From: Epiperipatus broadwayi
Lineage: Eukaryota; Animalia; Onychophora
DNA: 64,000 bases
Assembly: GCA_028023455.1 (NCBI GenBank)
Contig: JAQFVV010000007.1
Coordinates: 17,422,001 to 17,486,000, forward strand
Reading direction: 5' to 3'
Below, piece by piece: positions 11,606-25,250 of this stretch. The position numbers and the translations under genes were made by a program. The notes under the pieces are model-generated. The model did no database searches, was not told the origin of the DNA, and saw nothing but the letters and a program-made list of their open reading frames with translations. Every line of letters starts with the position of its first letter. Position 1 is the first letter of the stretch.

Positions 11606-12927
11606 TGTATTTTAACGTTTAGCTTTGATTAGACATTTATTTTACACACTACGTAGTGCAAGTTAATCAATCTATGAAAAGAGAATATATTCTGATCATT
11701 TATGAGTTTGGATATTTCCAGAACATAGTTATCTTTCCTGATTAACGAGCCCAATATTACTTCCGATTTTAAATTGTGGGCAGAATCAATTTTTAATTTT
11801 TATAGAGGGTGTCAAAGTCGATAGACTCACTGATTCTGCTTGTAGCACATCATAACTCACAAAGAAAGTACTTAGAAAGATCGGGATTATGATTTCCCGT
11901 CAATTAATTGTTTTAAGAAAATATTTTTCCTGGGGCTTAATTAATAAAGCATATTGGCAAGGTAATTTCTACACTTGTTTAAAACTAAATAATGAAATCT
12001 AACACTCAAAATTAATAGGTTGCAGACTGGTGTGGGTTCGCATCCTGGCTGATGTTATGACCTATGAAAAAAAAAAAAATTAATAATGTAACTAACTAAA
12101 AATTAAGCACGTACAATGAAAGATTTATATTAGTAGTAAAGATTCATTACAACACATTAAACATTTAAACACTTATAATAATAAAATTGTAATATTGGAA
12201 AGAAACACATACTCGCATACTCATATAATTATCTTAACCATTGAATTGAAATATCTCACTTTGAAGTCCTAAATAACAAATGTCTCTCTTTTCGTTTTTT
12301 CTACAGTAACAGTTTATTATTTAAAATTCAGTTCGCAATTCTCTTTTTCTATAGATAGGAGTTATGGCCATTAACTTACTGGTAAGCTTCAAGTGTTTAT
12401 GTAGATGGTTGATTATCATAGAGGTCCAGTTCCATTCGATGAGTAGTCTGCCATAATGGTTTATGGTTTCTTTCTGGTATTACTAACATATCTCTGATCT
12501 GTATTCAAGTAAGGCTAGATGAAGGTTTAAGTGTGAGAGAAGGTGTCGGTGAACAATCTGTGTCTACTCACTCATGGTGAATAGATTAAGTTTAGTAGTT
12601 CTAGGTGATAGCATTTTATTACAGCTTTGAAAATGCTGCACACAAGAACAGCCAGCAGAACACAGGTAAAAAGACCACTTCTACACTTGTCTGCTCCTTT
12701 TTATGCTTACAATCATTTTTGAGAGATCCTGTGCATATTTTCTTTATCTTTTGTTTTATTATTTTATAATTTTCTACATTGCTTGTAAGTTTTTAGTTAC
12801 AAAGTCTTTTTTTTTAATCAATTATTTCAGCCATCCTTAATTAGCATTAAGAGCATCACTTTGATTTTAATCTCTTGCGTTTATAACTTTTTTTTTTATC
12901 TGAATAACTAATCTGTATGCACTTACA
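11606..12927 (-). repeat. Gypsy 3' LTR (left boundary approximate), interrupted by a truncated SINE
   Basis: Direct repeat of 15968-17341. On the minus strand it starts TGTAAG right after the purine tract GGAAGGAA (plus 12928-12935). Confidence 0.75.
12018..12075 (+). mobile_element. 5'-truncated tRNA-derived SINE with poly(A) and TSD aaaattaata
   Basis: B-box GGTTCGCATCC and A tail; absent from the other LTR copy; homologous to 54403-54506. Confidence 0.85.
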
Positions 12928-13209
12928 TTCCTTCCAATATTAATGTTACTTTGATTAAATAAATTTTAAACACACATAACTTTCATTGTACGCACAAAAA
13001 AAAAATTATGCTAACTAATAAAAAAAAAAACTAAATTACGTTCATTGATGATTTTTAAATTTTACTTTTTAACTCTCACTCAATGCCAATATACTTGTAC
13101 CATATATATGTAAATGGTACAATACCACTGGGGCCAGGGGACAAGAATAATATAAGTGTTTGAACGTACATCAATCTTTATAGAGACCTTCTAAACCTGG
13201 TCTTTTATG

Positions 13210-15965
13210 GTTTCAGGAACCTAGCATTATAGTTACCCTTTTCTCCTTCACAATTTTCTAAAGTGAAGGCATTCGGGCCATCTTTTCAGACGATCTGGTA
13301 AGGCTCATCATACAAGTTTTGAAATTTTTTATATGTTTCCCAGTTTGACTCATGGGGTTCATTTGACCCATACTATATCTCCTTATTTATTTGTCAGTCA
13401 TGACTTCTTTTCGCAGTGACCGGAGCTTAACACAGTGTTTTAATTTTGCCCTTGCCTTTTTTTGATCTCTTCTTTTGTCACTATTTTCTGGGATAGTGGG
13501 TAATGGGGATTTATATAACTGAGGTACTGCTTTTTCGAATTGAAATCTTATAGGTGCAAACCCCGTGAATTCATTAATGAGTCCAATATATGTAATTTAA
13601 TCATTAGGGAAGCTGTTTCAGCCATCATCTATGGTTGGAAGCAGTATATACCCAGAAGAGGCGGCCCAACTCTCATCATCCGTTTGCATGGGTTGGACTG
13701 TGAATTCCGTATTGATGACAATACTTGTTTTAGCTCTGTCCTCTCTATCCACTATTGCCATTTGTGAGATGTGAAAGACATACCATGGTCTAACAAAATA
13801 GCCCTAGATCTTATCTCAAGAACTCGTATGACATTCCTAGTATTTGCCTGAGACACTGGATATGCTGACATCCATTTCGAAAAAATGTCATATACCACAA
13901 GTGCATATTTCATTTTTTTTAAAAACTTTAATGACCCATAAAAATCAATAGCTATTAGTTCATTTGGTTTATTAGGAATGATAGGATTCAATGGGCCCTG
14001 ATATGACTTGTTTGCCGGTTTTGTCTTTTGGCAGGTTTTGTATGCACTTACTATACTGACAACCTGTGCTTTCATATTCGGCCAGTGAAACCATGTCTTC
14101 AGTAAGCCTTCCACTGTAATAACTTCACAATGTCCATACAAATGGTGGATGTACATAATAAGTCCTTCTTATAAACTCTGGTATAATCGTCTTCCACTGA
14201 TCGTTTTGTAGGTCTTTGATGTACCATAGGACCCTTCTTTCAATCAGTATCTATTTCTGGTGTTAATTTCCAACATTTCTCTTTATTTCATTTTTGACTT
14301 CTAGTTGGTCAATAATTTTTTTGTAGGTGGAGCTTTGCTATTGCACTTTTTCCAGGTGTCTCAATCCTACTACTACTGCATCCACCTCTAATTCTATATT
14401 TTCCAAACGGATATCTTCCATTTGCAGATGATTTTGAGTCCCAGGAATAATATTTTGACTCAATGTGTCATCCACCACATTTTCGGTCCCTTTACAATAC
14501 TGGACTAATTGAACTCTTGAGGGAAAAGGCTCCATCGGATTAGCCTACTATTTGTTAAATGACTTTGGTTTAGGAACTCCAGTGTCTTATGATCCGACCC
14601 TATCAAGAACTGGCCGAACTTCTGGAAAGCCCACACTACAGCCACGGCCTCTTACTCAGTGACAGAGTAATTAATATCTGCACCTCTCAATGGTCTGCTG
14701 TCAAAATAAATTACATCCAGGGTATCATCCTCTTGAGCTTGCATAAGAGCTGCACCTAACCCGCACCTAACCCGCACCCACTACTGTCTACATGAACAAT
14801 AAATGGTTTCCTTAGATCAGGGTAAACCAACATCACTTGCCTAAGGAACTTTTCTTTAATAACCTTGAAGTTAGTTTCATGCACTTTCATCCATTTCCAT
14901 GATGTCCCCTTATGTAATAGTTGCAGCAATGTCTCCGTATCGGATGCGAAGTTTTTATAAAATTTATTGTAGAAATTACACAGCCCCAAAAATGACCTAA
15001 CTTGTTTTGGTGTGTGAGGTGCTGGGAAATCTCAGATTGCTTGGATTTTGTCAGAGTGAGGCCTGATTTCATTCACATTAATTAGGTGCCCCAATAAATT
15101 CACTTCTGCCGCTAAACGGCTTTTTTTATAGATTAATCTGGTTAAGACATTTTAACAGGCCTACCCCACTGTTCTTTAGACCAAAAAGCATTCTGTTTAA
15201 TTGGTATGATGTACCATTATATTGAAATGCAACTTGATCTGTCAATCCAATGTGGAAAATATTTTTTCTAACTCATTAATTGGTGGTGGAACATTTTGAT
15301 CAGGCCACGTGATCTTGTTCAATTGCCTGTTATGTAAGCACAGTCTTATGGCTCTGTCCTTTTTTTTTACAACCACTAATGGGTTATTATATGGTGATGA
15401 ACCCTTGGTTATAATATCCCACTTCTCCATTTTAGCTAATTGTCTTTCTACATCAGCCCTATATTGGTGTGGCACTGGGTATGATCTCTCCTGGTATGGT
15501 GTACTGTCAGCAACCTGGATTCGGTGCTCATAATCTTTAATAATTCCAGGTTTTTTCTGAAAAAATGGATTTATATTCAACTAGAACTTTTTTTAATCCC
15601 CCTTTCCATTTTCCCATTACTTCATTTGTTAGTCCATCAATCCATGCCTCTATTAAAAGTCTTTCCATCCCAAGCTCTATGTTACATATCTTTTGTTGAT
15701 TCGTTTTCAACCACGACCCAAACTCCACTTCTTCCCCTTCGCAGATAATTCTTGTCTTCTTGATAATTGAGCACACATCCGGTTTTGTGCATAAAGTCGG
15801 ATCCCAGTATGGCTTCATGCACCTAATCTTTTAGAATCAATAATGTGTGGTATATAATCTTATCCCATATTTTAATTTGTGCCCAAACTTGTTTTGAGCC
15901 CAGTTGTGCTTTTTTGTTATTTGCCAATATTATTTGTGTGCTTCTCACCGGTAATCTTTTTATAC
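13210..15965 (-). pseudogene. pol: Ty3/Gypsy pol, degraded: C-terminal half of protease, RT, RNase H, integrase
   Basis: Minus-strand fragments in Gypsy order: AILGSDF (protease), SPYNNPLVVVKKKD..IRLCL (RT), GLCNFY..KPFIVHVDSS (RNase H), HHLYGH..C..C and IAIDFYG..DIFSKW (integrase); many frameshifts and stops. Confidence 0.95.
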
Positions 15966-15967
15966 AT

Positions 15968-17341
15968 TTTAGGTTTGATTAGGCATTTATTTTACACACT
16001 ATATAGGGCAAGTTAATCAAACTATGAAAATAGAATATATTCCAAATCATTTAAGAGTCCGAATATTTCCAGAACATAGTTATCTTTCCTGATTAACGAG
16101 CCCAATATTATTCATGATTTTAAATTGTGGGCAGAATCAGCTTTTAATTTATATAGAGGGCGCCAAAGTCAATAGACTCACTGATTCTGCCTGTAACACA
16201 TCATAACTCACAAAGCAAATACTTACAAAGGTCGGGATTATAATTTCCCATCAATTAATTATTTTAAGAAAATATTTCTCCGGGACTTAATTAATAAAGC
16301 ATATTGGCAAGGTAATTTATACACTTCTCTCCAAAACTAAATAATAAAATCAAACACTCAAAATTAATAACGTAACTAACTAAAAATTAAGTACGTACAA
16401 TGAAAATTTTATATTAGTAATAAAGGTTTATTACAACACACTAAACATTTAAACACAAAATAAAATTATAATATTGGAAAGAAATTGGCAAGGTAATTTA
16501 TACACTTCTCTAAAACTAAATAATAAAATCTAACACTCAAAATTAATAACGTAACTAACTAAAAATTAAGTACGTACAATGAAAATTTTATATTAGTAGT
16601 AAAGGTTTATTACAACACACTAAACATTTAAACACAAAATAAAATTATAATATTGGAAAGAAACATCCGCATACTCATATAATTATCTTAACAATTGAAT
16701 TCAAATATCCCACTTTGAAGTTCTAAATAAGAAATAATTTCTCTTTTCGTTTTGTCTACTGTAACAGTTTATTATTTAAAATTCAGTTCGCAAATCTCTT
16801 TTTCTATAGATAGGAGTTATGGCCATTAACTTACGATAAGCTTCAAGTGTTTATGTAGATAATTGATTATCATTAGCGGTCCGGTTCCATTTGATGAGTA
16901 GTCTGCAGTATTGGTTTCATTCTGGTATTACTTCCATATCTCTGATCTGTATTTAAGTAAGGCTAGTCAAAGGTTTAGGTGACTTTTCCGAAAGAAGGTG
17001 TCGGTGAACGATCTGTGTCTGCTCACATGGAGAATAGATTCAGCTTAGTAGTTCTAGGTGATAGCATTTTATTACAGCTTTGAAAATGCTGCACCCAAGA
17101 AAAGCCAGCAGAACACAGGTAAAAAGACCACTTCTATACTTGTCTGCTCCTTTTATACTCACGATCATTTTTGAGAGGTCCTGTGCATATTTTATTTAAC
17201 TTTTGTTTTATTATTCTATAAACTTTTTTTTACAGTTATTTCATTTATCTTTAATTAGCATTAAGAACATCACTTTGATTTTAATCTCTTGCGTTTATAA
17301 CTTCTTTTTTGATCTGAATAACTAACTTGTATGCACTTACA
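15968..17341 (-). repeat. Second Gypsy LTR copy with an internal ~180 bp tandem duplication (16303-16483 / 16484-16662)
   Basis: Colinear with 11618-12927; also preceded on the minus strand by a PPT (GGAGGGAA) and ~200 bp of 3'UTR (17342-17539 matches 12928-13124). Confidence 0.8.
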
Positions 17342-18194
17342 TTCCCTCCAATATTAACGTTATTTTGACTAAATAAATTTTAAACACACATAACTTTCAT
17401 TGTATGCACACAAAAAAATATGCTAATTAATAAAAAAAAAAATTAAATTACGTTCATTGATGATTTTTAAATTTTACTTTTTAACTCTTACTCAATGCCA
17501 ATATACTTGTACCATATATATGTAAATGGTACAATATACATCCCTTTAATTGCACATGTTATAAGCATACATGAGCATGGATATATATATATATAGGTAA
17601 TTACTTGAACAAACTGACGACATAAGTTTTTGTTGGTTTGTGTGGTTTGGGACAATAATTGAGTGGTAAACTGAAACTCTGGGTCTGTGGATTGTTGCCA
17701 AGTCTCTTATTTCTGGTGCTCAAACTTTTTATGAATTTTCATGCAATTATTTGATTGTTTTTTTTTTTTAAAGTAATAGTAATGTAGTAATTTTATTTTC
17801 TGGAAAATAATTTTGGATTAATAATTCATCAACGTTATAATTTTTGTATCACATAATGGAAAGATTAATGTTAATTACAAAGGATATAAAAAGTGATTAA
17901 TACTTGTTGAATTTGTAACTATCAATTCCTTATGAAAACTCATAGTTTCACCGTTATTTATTTTAAATTTGTGTTAAAAAATGTGTATATTTAAAACGTA
18001 TGTACTTTATAAAAAAATCCTTAAAAAACAACAACGTATAAATGTATTAACATCATTACTAGCATTGTTGAAAAGCATGGAAAAATTCTCTACAAAGTGA
18101 CAATAACAAGAGCATACCTGCTTTTCATCAATATACTCTTATCTCACTATGTTTATACCATCTAATGTAAACTTTAGTAGTGAATAAATGCTTC

Positions 18195-18256
18195 ATGGGG
18201 TGTCTTATCCAAATCCCTAGACCAGTTTCTAGCTTCAGCCTTTCATCAGCGTAGAG
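18195..18256 (-). mobile_element. Degenerate family 2 HHR fragment
   Basis: Minus strand reads CTGATGA-AAGGCTGAAGCTA-GAAA-CTGG-TC-TAGGG. Confidence 0.55.
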
Positions 18257-20470
18257 CTTTTTGGATTTTTGTTTTTTTGAACATGGCTTGGGCTAGATAG
18301 CATGAAAGTAATGAGAATAGAACAATATTCTAATGAATAGTAATGTGTAAGTTACAGTCACATAATGTCTTGTTGGTCTTGTGTTGTTACGCAAGCTGAT
18401 AATGATTTTTTTAAAATTAAAAACTGTAGAGCAAACTTGCAAAATGGTACGTAGGGAATTTTACAGCTATATTATGCTCCTAGTAGTTATTCAAGTATCG
18501 AAAGCAAGCTGACTGGAAAACTAAACACTGTATATTGACTAACATTCAATGTGTGCTTTTAAGAATGGTTATTCACTATTTATTTCATGGTCTTCGACAT
18601 CTTCATATTAATTTCCTGCTCTCATGACCTTTAATTCTTTTATGTTGTCTAGTTAATAGCCTGAAAATTCAAAACCATCTTAAGAGATTTGATCCCAAGC
18701 CCACTTGTTCATGCAGTCATACAACTCAGAAACTAATTCAGCAACTGTTAGCAACCTAATTTATATTATCTGTAAACAATTTTCACTCATTGACTAGAAT
18801 GATGTTCCTTGGCAAATGATCACATGACTATTTCTACTTACAGTCAACATATTCTTTTAGGAACAGTAGTTTGCTTCATTTATATCACTCTAGAATCAAA
18901 TATTGCAAGCTTGAGTAACCAGAAAATGCTAATCACAATACTTTATCCACATCTACTGAAACTATGTGGAAGATGGATTGTTTTGTCCTTGAAAAATCAT
19001 AGAGTTGATTAGAAAGTCCTTTAGATTCATCATAGCTTTTTTTTTTTTTTTTGGTCTTTCCATGATTTAATGGAAGGTTTGACTAAAAATGTCAGTGTGT
19101 AAAATGAATTGTTTGTTTCTTATGTAGGTACTAATTACATAGCTGGGCTTGGCCGCTTGATGACATTCTCTCTAGTCAAGAACACCTACAAATGCCGTTC
19201 TGTTTATCTTAGCCATTGCAGGCATTGCACAGAAATATTACAGCTTGTTTTAACTTAAATTATATTACTATTTTTATCCTACACAATTCTATATATAACA
19301 AAAATAATAATAATATATATGTTAACAAATATGAAACATCATATGAAATTTCAAAAACAGTATCACAATTCACAGTTGGCTACCATATCGTCTGATGGTG
19401 TCTGGATTTCAAGTGGTCACAACTTTTAAAATCTCCATAGAAAAGTAATTTAATTTCTACTTAAATCACGCAATATGATTGATTAAGAATTGTAAAAGCA
19501 GAAAGTCTCGTTTCAACGTGAAATATCGCAATAAAATGGCCACTGAAAGAATGAGTTTTGCACAGTTGCTGACAACCGGGTCCTACTACAGTCGAAGCAG
19601 TGCGAGTGCGGACAACCCATGAATTGATAACAGCCCTGCGACTCATCTAGTTCTGGAGCCATGAGCAGATAACACTGAAAGACACCGGTTTTGAACTGGG
19701 CATTAACCACAAAACTAGTCGAGTTGACCACTGGTCTGAGAGAGCTCTGCTTTGAAACTATATTTAGCTGAAGAAAAAAACCACCAGGGCAGTGGGTGTT
19801 TGGGGGCATGTGCTCCGGAGAAGATAACTAAGACTTCTGTTAAAATGTCGACTGCCCATTTCTGTGGTGCTTCTCAAAGCCTCTATCCTTCAATCATGAA
19901 AACCTTTGCTGTGTGCTTGTGTTATTTGATGGGAAATTCTGCATATTTGGTTTAAAATTATCTTGATTAAATCTATTAAATGCTAAAAAAAGCATTGGTC
20001 TGCTGTATTTTTTCATGCATCATCTGAATTCAGATGAGATCTTTTCATTACGGCAATCAAATAAAATATTTTTATATGATATAGAAAAATTAAAATATAA
20101 CCAATGTTTCAGTGTGATTACAATTTTGGATCAAAAACTTCATCTACAAAATATATGTGGCTATAGGAAAAAATTAAAATATAGCTGATGTTTCAATTCA
20201 ATTGAAATACATTTCTCTCACAATTTTGCCATCCATATTCATTGATAGAAAATTTTTCAATCAAACTCAAACAATGCAATGAAGAAATGGAGCAGATTAT
20301 TTATGAAGTCTAAGCTCCATAGTCATAGTTTTTTCTACAAACAATCATCTTATTCTCACTCATAAATAATTTAATTGTATAAATACAGATACCTTTTATA
20401 AAGGGAGATAAGATGGTGATACAAATGGAATACATAACCATGTATTTAGATGTATTTAATTATTATATTC

Positions 20471-20546
20471 TTATCTTATTCTTTTAAGTTACCTTACTAT
20501 TGATTTCTTATCTTATTCTTTTAAGTTACCTTACTATTGATTTCTA
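20471..20546. repeat. ~38-bp tandem duplication
   Basis: cttatcttattcttttaagttaccttactattgattt occurs twice. Confidence 0.85.
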
Positions 20547-21578
20547 TGTAGAATTGTAGATGTTTGCAAATCCAGAGTGCATATGATATTGTACAGATGC
20601 AGTAATTACTAATCCAGAAAGAAATGATATGATACACACATTAGCAACTGTAAGCCAATTGTAGGCCCATCGCATATGATTTTATCAGGCAACAATATGT
20701 TATAAAGAAATCATAATAGACCATTTTTTATTTTAAATAGAGCAACCCAGCAGGTCATATGCTAAAACACCAATGATGTGAGAATTAAAGGTACCTAGGA
20801 TATCCAATTGCCAACCTTATCAGAAGTTGAATACTTCAGAAAGGTATGGGCCTGTGTACAAATAATAAATGTGATATGGGAAATCACTGGTGCAATGAGG
20901 TAATTATTAGCCATAAATTAAGATCAAGCTAATGCAATGAAAGGGACATCTTCAACGTGGATTGGATATTGGAAGATGCAGCTCTAGGTCAGTACAGCAT
21001 TTGTGATAAGTATTACTCAACAAAGACATTACAAAATCACAGAAGAGCAGAACTGCCTGGCTACAGAAATGGGTTATGTAGTATGCAGTGTCGAATTGCA
21101 GTTGTGTCATGATTATAAGTCGTGGAACTGCCTACAGAACATTTTTGGTTGGTGATTTTTCTGAGAGGTAGCCTTGTGACAAATTTTCCAGCAGGATAGT
21201 GCATGTCTACATGTTACCATTGCAACACTCTTCAAAGAATATTAATGTTTTTCTAATTAGATACCTCTGGATTGTTAATCCAATGACTATGAGCATCCCA
21301 TTGTATAACCTACATGCCACAAAATTATGGCGCTTAGTAAAATTTAAATTGTTGCACATATCACAGAAGTCCATTAGAGGTTTATCTTATTGTTTCTGCA
21401 ATCACATAAGATTTTATCTACTATCTTTTCATCTACATAAATGATGTATGTAATATTTATGCATTGTTCATGTGTCGGAATGATGCAGCAACTTATTTTT
21501 ACATTAAATAAGCATATGTATGTGTGTAATTCTCCTCAAACATATATAATGATGATTTATTTATTAATTTTTTTTTAG

Positions 21579-21694
21579 GTCCTCCCAAAAGACTCTTTCC
21601 CCGACTCCTAAAACTGTATCATCTATTGTTTGCTCATCAAGTTCTTTAAAAGATAAAACGTGGCATCGGCCTGGTAGCAGTAGCGATACTCAAG
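21579..21694 (+). CDS. Internal coding exon B (SSQKTLSPTPKTVSSIVCSSSSLKDKTWHRPGSSSDTQ)
   Basis: ttttttttag acceptor, CAAG|gtattg donor; 116 bp; open when entered in phase 2 from exon A, exits in phase 1. Confidence 0.75.
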
Positions 21695-23288
21695 GTATTG
21701 TATTGATATGTGGACAGATAATCTATATGTGCGCATGTATATGTCTCTTGGAGCATACTTGTAGAGAGCATATATAAACCCATTCATGATACAAACAGAT
21801 CCGAATATATTACTAAGATAATTTACAAGCAAGATTCTTAAAGAATCATACAAAGTATGATCACCTTTTGTTATTGTATAACAAACTGAAGGTCAGATAA
21901 AAGTGATTATCTTTTATCTGACAAAATAGATTCGCTTTGATATAATAAAAGATGGCTCTGTTTGCAAGTTCATTTAAATGATTCTTTAGGAATCTATCTG
22001 GTGAATTATCTTAGTAATGTAATTGGACTTGTTTTTCCTATGAACGGATTTGTATTCTTAGTCCTATATATTTTGCTCATTAACCATTAGATTACATATA
22101 TATATTTATGTGCTTAAAAAATTTTTTTTATAAATTTTAATTTTATGAAAGTGATCGTGAAGCCAATCTCTGCGATTTTAAGTATTTCGAAGATGATTTT
22201 TATATTTTATTGGCTAAATTAAAGTAACAATGATCTGGTTTATATTTTAGCTTTTTTTTTCAAATTCAGCAAAACAAGTAATATCCTATCTTCTTTTCCT
22301 TTGTATCTTTTAATAACAGTTTTTACAGTTCCAGTCATAATTGATATTTCTAAATTCAAATTATTTATGAGATAAAACTTATTTATTCTTGATAGAAATT
22401 TTTCTATTTATTTAAAAGTCTCGATTATATTTTAGATGTGTCAGAAATTAAATTTGTAAAATATAAATACTATATGTTGAAATCCCAGGGAGGAACTGAC
22501 CATCAGAGACAGTTGCAGGCCAGTGATCCATCCAATGTTATATGCACAGGGTCCATACGACATGGATTTTAAAAAACAAATCCCAGAGTATGAGTCCTCT
22601 TGCACACAATACCATGGCTAAATATGATGATTAAAATACAAGGTTCTTTTTATAATTCAAAATGTTATATCTTATCTTAAATATAAGTTCTCTTGCAAGT
22701 TTAAAATGATACATCTAATGTTTTTAAATATTTTACTTTCAAAAAAATGTTTCTAAATATTTTAATCTCAAATATCAGTTCGTTTACAAGTTTAAAATAT
22801 CTTGATCTCAGGATTCAAATTCAGAATATAGTGCACTTGGAACAAAATGTTAATGGTAATACATTATCTTCTTAACAAAAATATGATGATTATTATTTTA
22901 TCTAGACATGGAACATTTGACATTTCTTTTAGTTTATTGTGGAATCTTAGTATTTTAAGAAAGTAGAAATGAAATTACATGATAACAGAATAATCAAATA
23001 CTTTAAGTAATATATAATTGATAACATGAAAAACATTTGAATACTTTACAATTATTAAAATATAATTATTTCATTTCTACTGACCATAAAACACAAAAAT
23101 CTTATATTTTCTTATGCAAATTTGAAGAAGCAATATCAAAATAATGTAGAAGGTAGTAATGGCATCTTTTATTCTGCCTCCTACACAACAAGTGCATTTG
23201 GAATGAAGCAAATAATATAACATTTATCTTCTAAGAAGGGAGGTAAAATAATTAAATAATTATTAAGCAAAATGAATGTATAAACATT

Positions 23289-23691
23289 ATTATTCTACAC
23301 GAATAAAGTGTGATAAACAGAGCAGCCAAAATGCAAAGAACATTAATTATAAACAACAATTTTCCAAGCTCTTTCGGTACTATATACCAGAATCATGGTG
23401 ACATATTGGAACTGAACAGTTAATATTCCAGTGCATGCTCAGTGGAACACTAGTGTTACACTGATTGATAACGTTTTTAGACTTCGCAATAAACCAAGTC
23501 TAAAAACGCTATCAATCAGCGTAACAGTAGTGTTCCACTGAGCATGCATTGGAATATTAACTGTTCAGTTTTAATACGTCACTATGATTCTGGTATACAG
23601 TACCAAAAGCACTGGGAAAAATGTTGTTTATAATTAATGTTTTTTGCATTTTGGCTGTTCTGTTTATCACGCTTTATTCGTGTAGAATAAT
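23289..23691. repeat. Long fold-back palindrome (~195 bp arms, 11-nt loop), MITE-like
   Basis: 23289-23484 is the near reverse complement of 23496-23691. Confidence 0.9.
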
Positions 23692-23865
23692 TTTCATTAT
23701 CTGACAGAGTTTTTATATTATTTATTTTATAAACATTATGTGACCATTGAAATGTACTCTTAAAAAATAATTATTAATGTAAACTTTATTAAAATAGATT
23801 TTCTTATAGTGTTTATGCAATATTATGATAATGGCAATGAAACAAAAATGCATTTAACCACTATA

Positions 23866-24190
23866 CATCACATGATCACCATTTCTTATGCTTGTGCAAG
23901 CTGTTAAAACAGGCAAAAACTCTTCATACAGTAGTGCCAATCTGTGCAAGCCAGAGTAATCAATGGATTGCATAAAAGCCCTATCTAGAGCCTACTCATC
24001 TAATATCCCAGAGTAGTTTCTAGCTTGTGGTTTTCATCAGTGCCCATACATTTGGGTGTCTGGTTCTTTAATAACCATAGCCACCACTATCCTATTAGGC
24101 TGCTGGAGGATTACATTAGATCCTAAGATCTATGTACAGTGCTCTCAGATCCAAGGCTCCTCACTGATGAAAGCCACAAGCTAAAGAGTT
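23866..24190. mobile_element. Family 2 copy with opposed HHR remnants (minus about 24007-24040; plus about 24160-24190)
   Basis: gtttctagcttgtggttttcatcag and cctcactgatgaaagccacaagcta; the middle matches the reverse complement of 59970-60030. Confidence 0.8.
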
Positions 24191-24329
24191 TCTTGGCATC
24201 ATAAGACCATATTTTATGATGACCATATGTTTAACTGTATTTTTATGAGGTTTAACTTTTATATTAAGCAAATTATTTTCATCTAACAAGGACATGGAAT
24301 TTTATAGTCATTTGTGGAATACTTGTACA

Positions 24330-25250
24330 TTATGAACATAATACTGATAATAAAATCTTATCAGCCCCATACCACTTAAATCTTCTGAACCTACCAATAA
24401 TGACCAACGTCTGGTGGCCAGTGCTTCCTCATCCTCCTCGAGAAGCAATAGCACACACCCCAGATCTGACTCTACTATCACAGAACCCCCCCCCCTGCCA
24501 ATCTTGAAAAAAAGTAAAAGTAAATCAAAAACTAAATGAGACAGCAATAATTCTTAGAACGATGGACATATGCAGAAGTCCGAAGGATCTAATAAAAGCT
24601 CATCCAATCACGAATCTCCCGAAGGGAATAAAAAGGAAAAAAAAATTAAGGCAGACTCGCAAGTTAATAACTCAGATCCAGATATACACCAATAGACCTC
24701 AAGGTAGTTGTGTTCCCTGAAATCAAAACAGCCACATCATAGCAGCATAAACCTGGAAAAGTAGAGTCTTCTGATAAACTTCACACCAGTGGTGCTAGTC
24801 GCAAGATTGATGGTGAAGAAGCAAAAAACCATGGCAAGCCAGCAAGGAAAAAATGAATTATCAATTACTTTGCCCACTGAACCCAAACTGACTCCATACT
24901 CCCTTACTGAATCTAGCTATGATTTGTTGTTTGTTTTTTACTTTTATCACATGAAGCTAAAGATTTCAGGTTTTAACATGCGTGGCTAAAAATCAACCAA
25001 GAGGATTGATGCCGTTTCAATCTGGATAAATCAATACCCCTCACACATAATATGCTTTGCTGAAACAAGATTACATGCAACTTCAAACCCAGAAATATCA
25101 ATTAAATTCAACAAACTTGGTTTCATTCCATTTCGACCCACCTCTCTGCCGGTGTAGCCATTAATTTCTCCTAATTGAAACCTAACTTCATCATTTCTTA
25201 AAACTAAATGTCATCTTTCAATATTTAAAGAGAGACATATCGGTGATTTG
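24330..25250 (+). mobile_element. L1/Tx1-like LINE fragment: ORF1 tail and start of the APE endonuclease
   Basis: From ATG 24951: MKLKISGFNMRG*KS...IICFAETRL, then SAGVAI at 25145-25162; these are L1-clade endonuclease motifs. Confidence 0.7.

Noticed and set aside
19675-19740. CTGAAAGA...AAAACTAGTC as another hammerhead
   Set aside because: Core spacing is wrong, GAAA is absent and no stem I pairing could be found.
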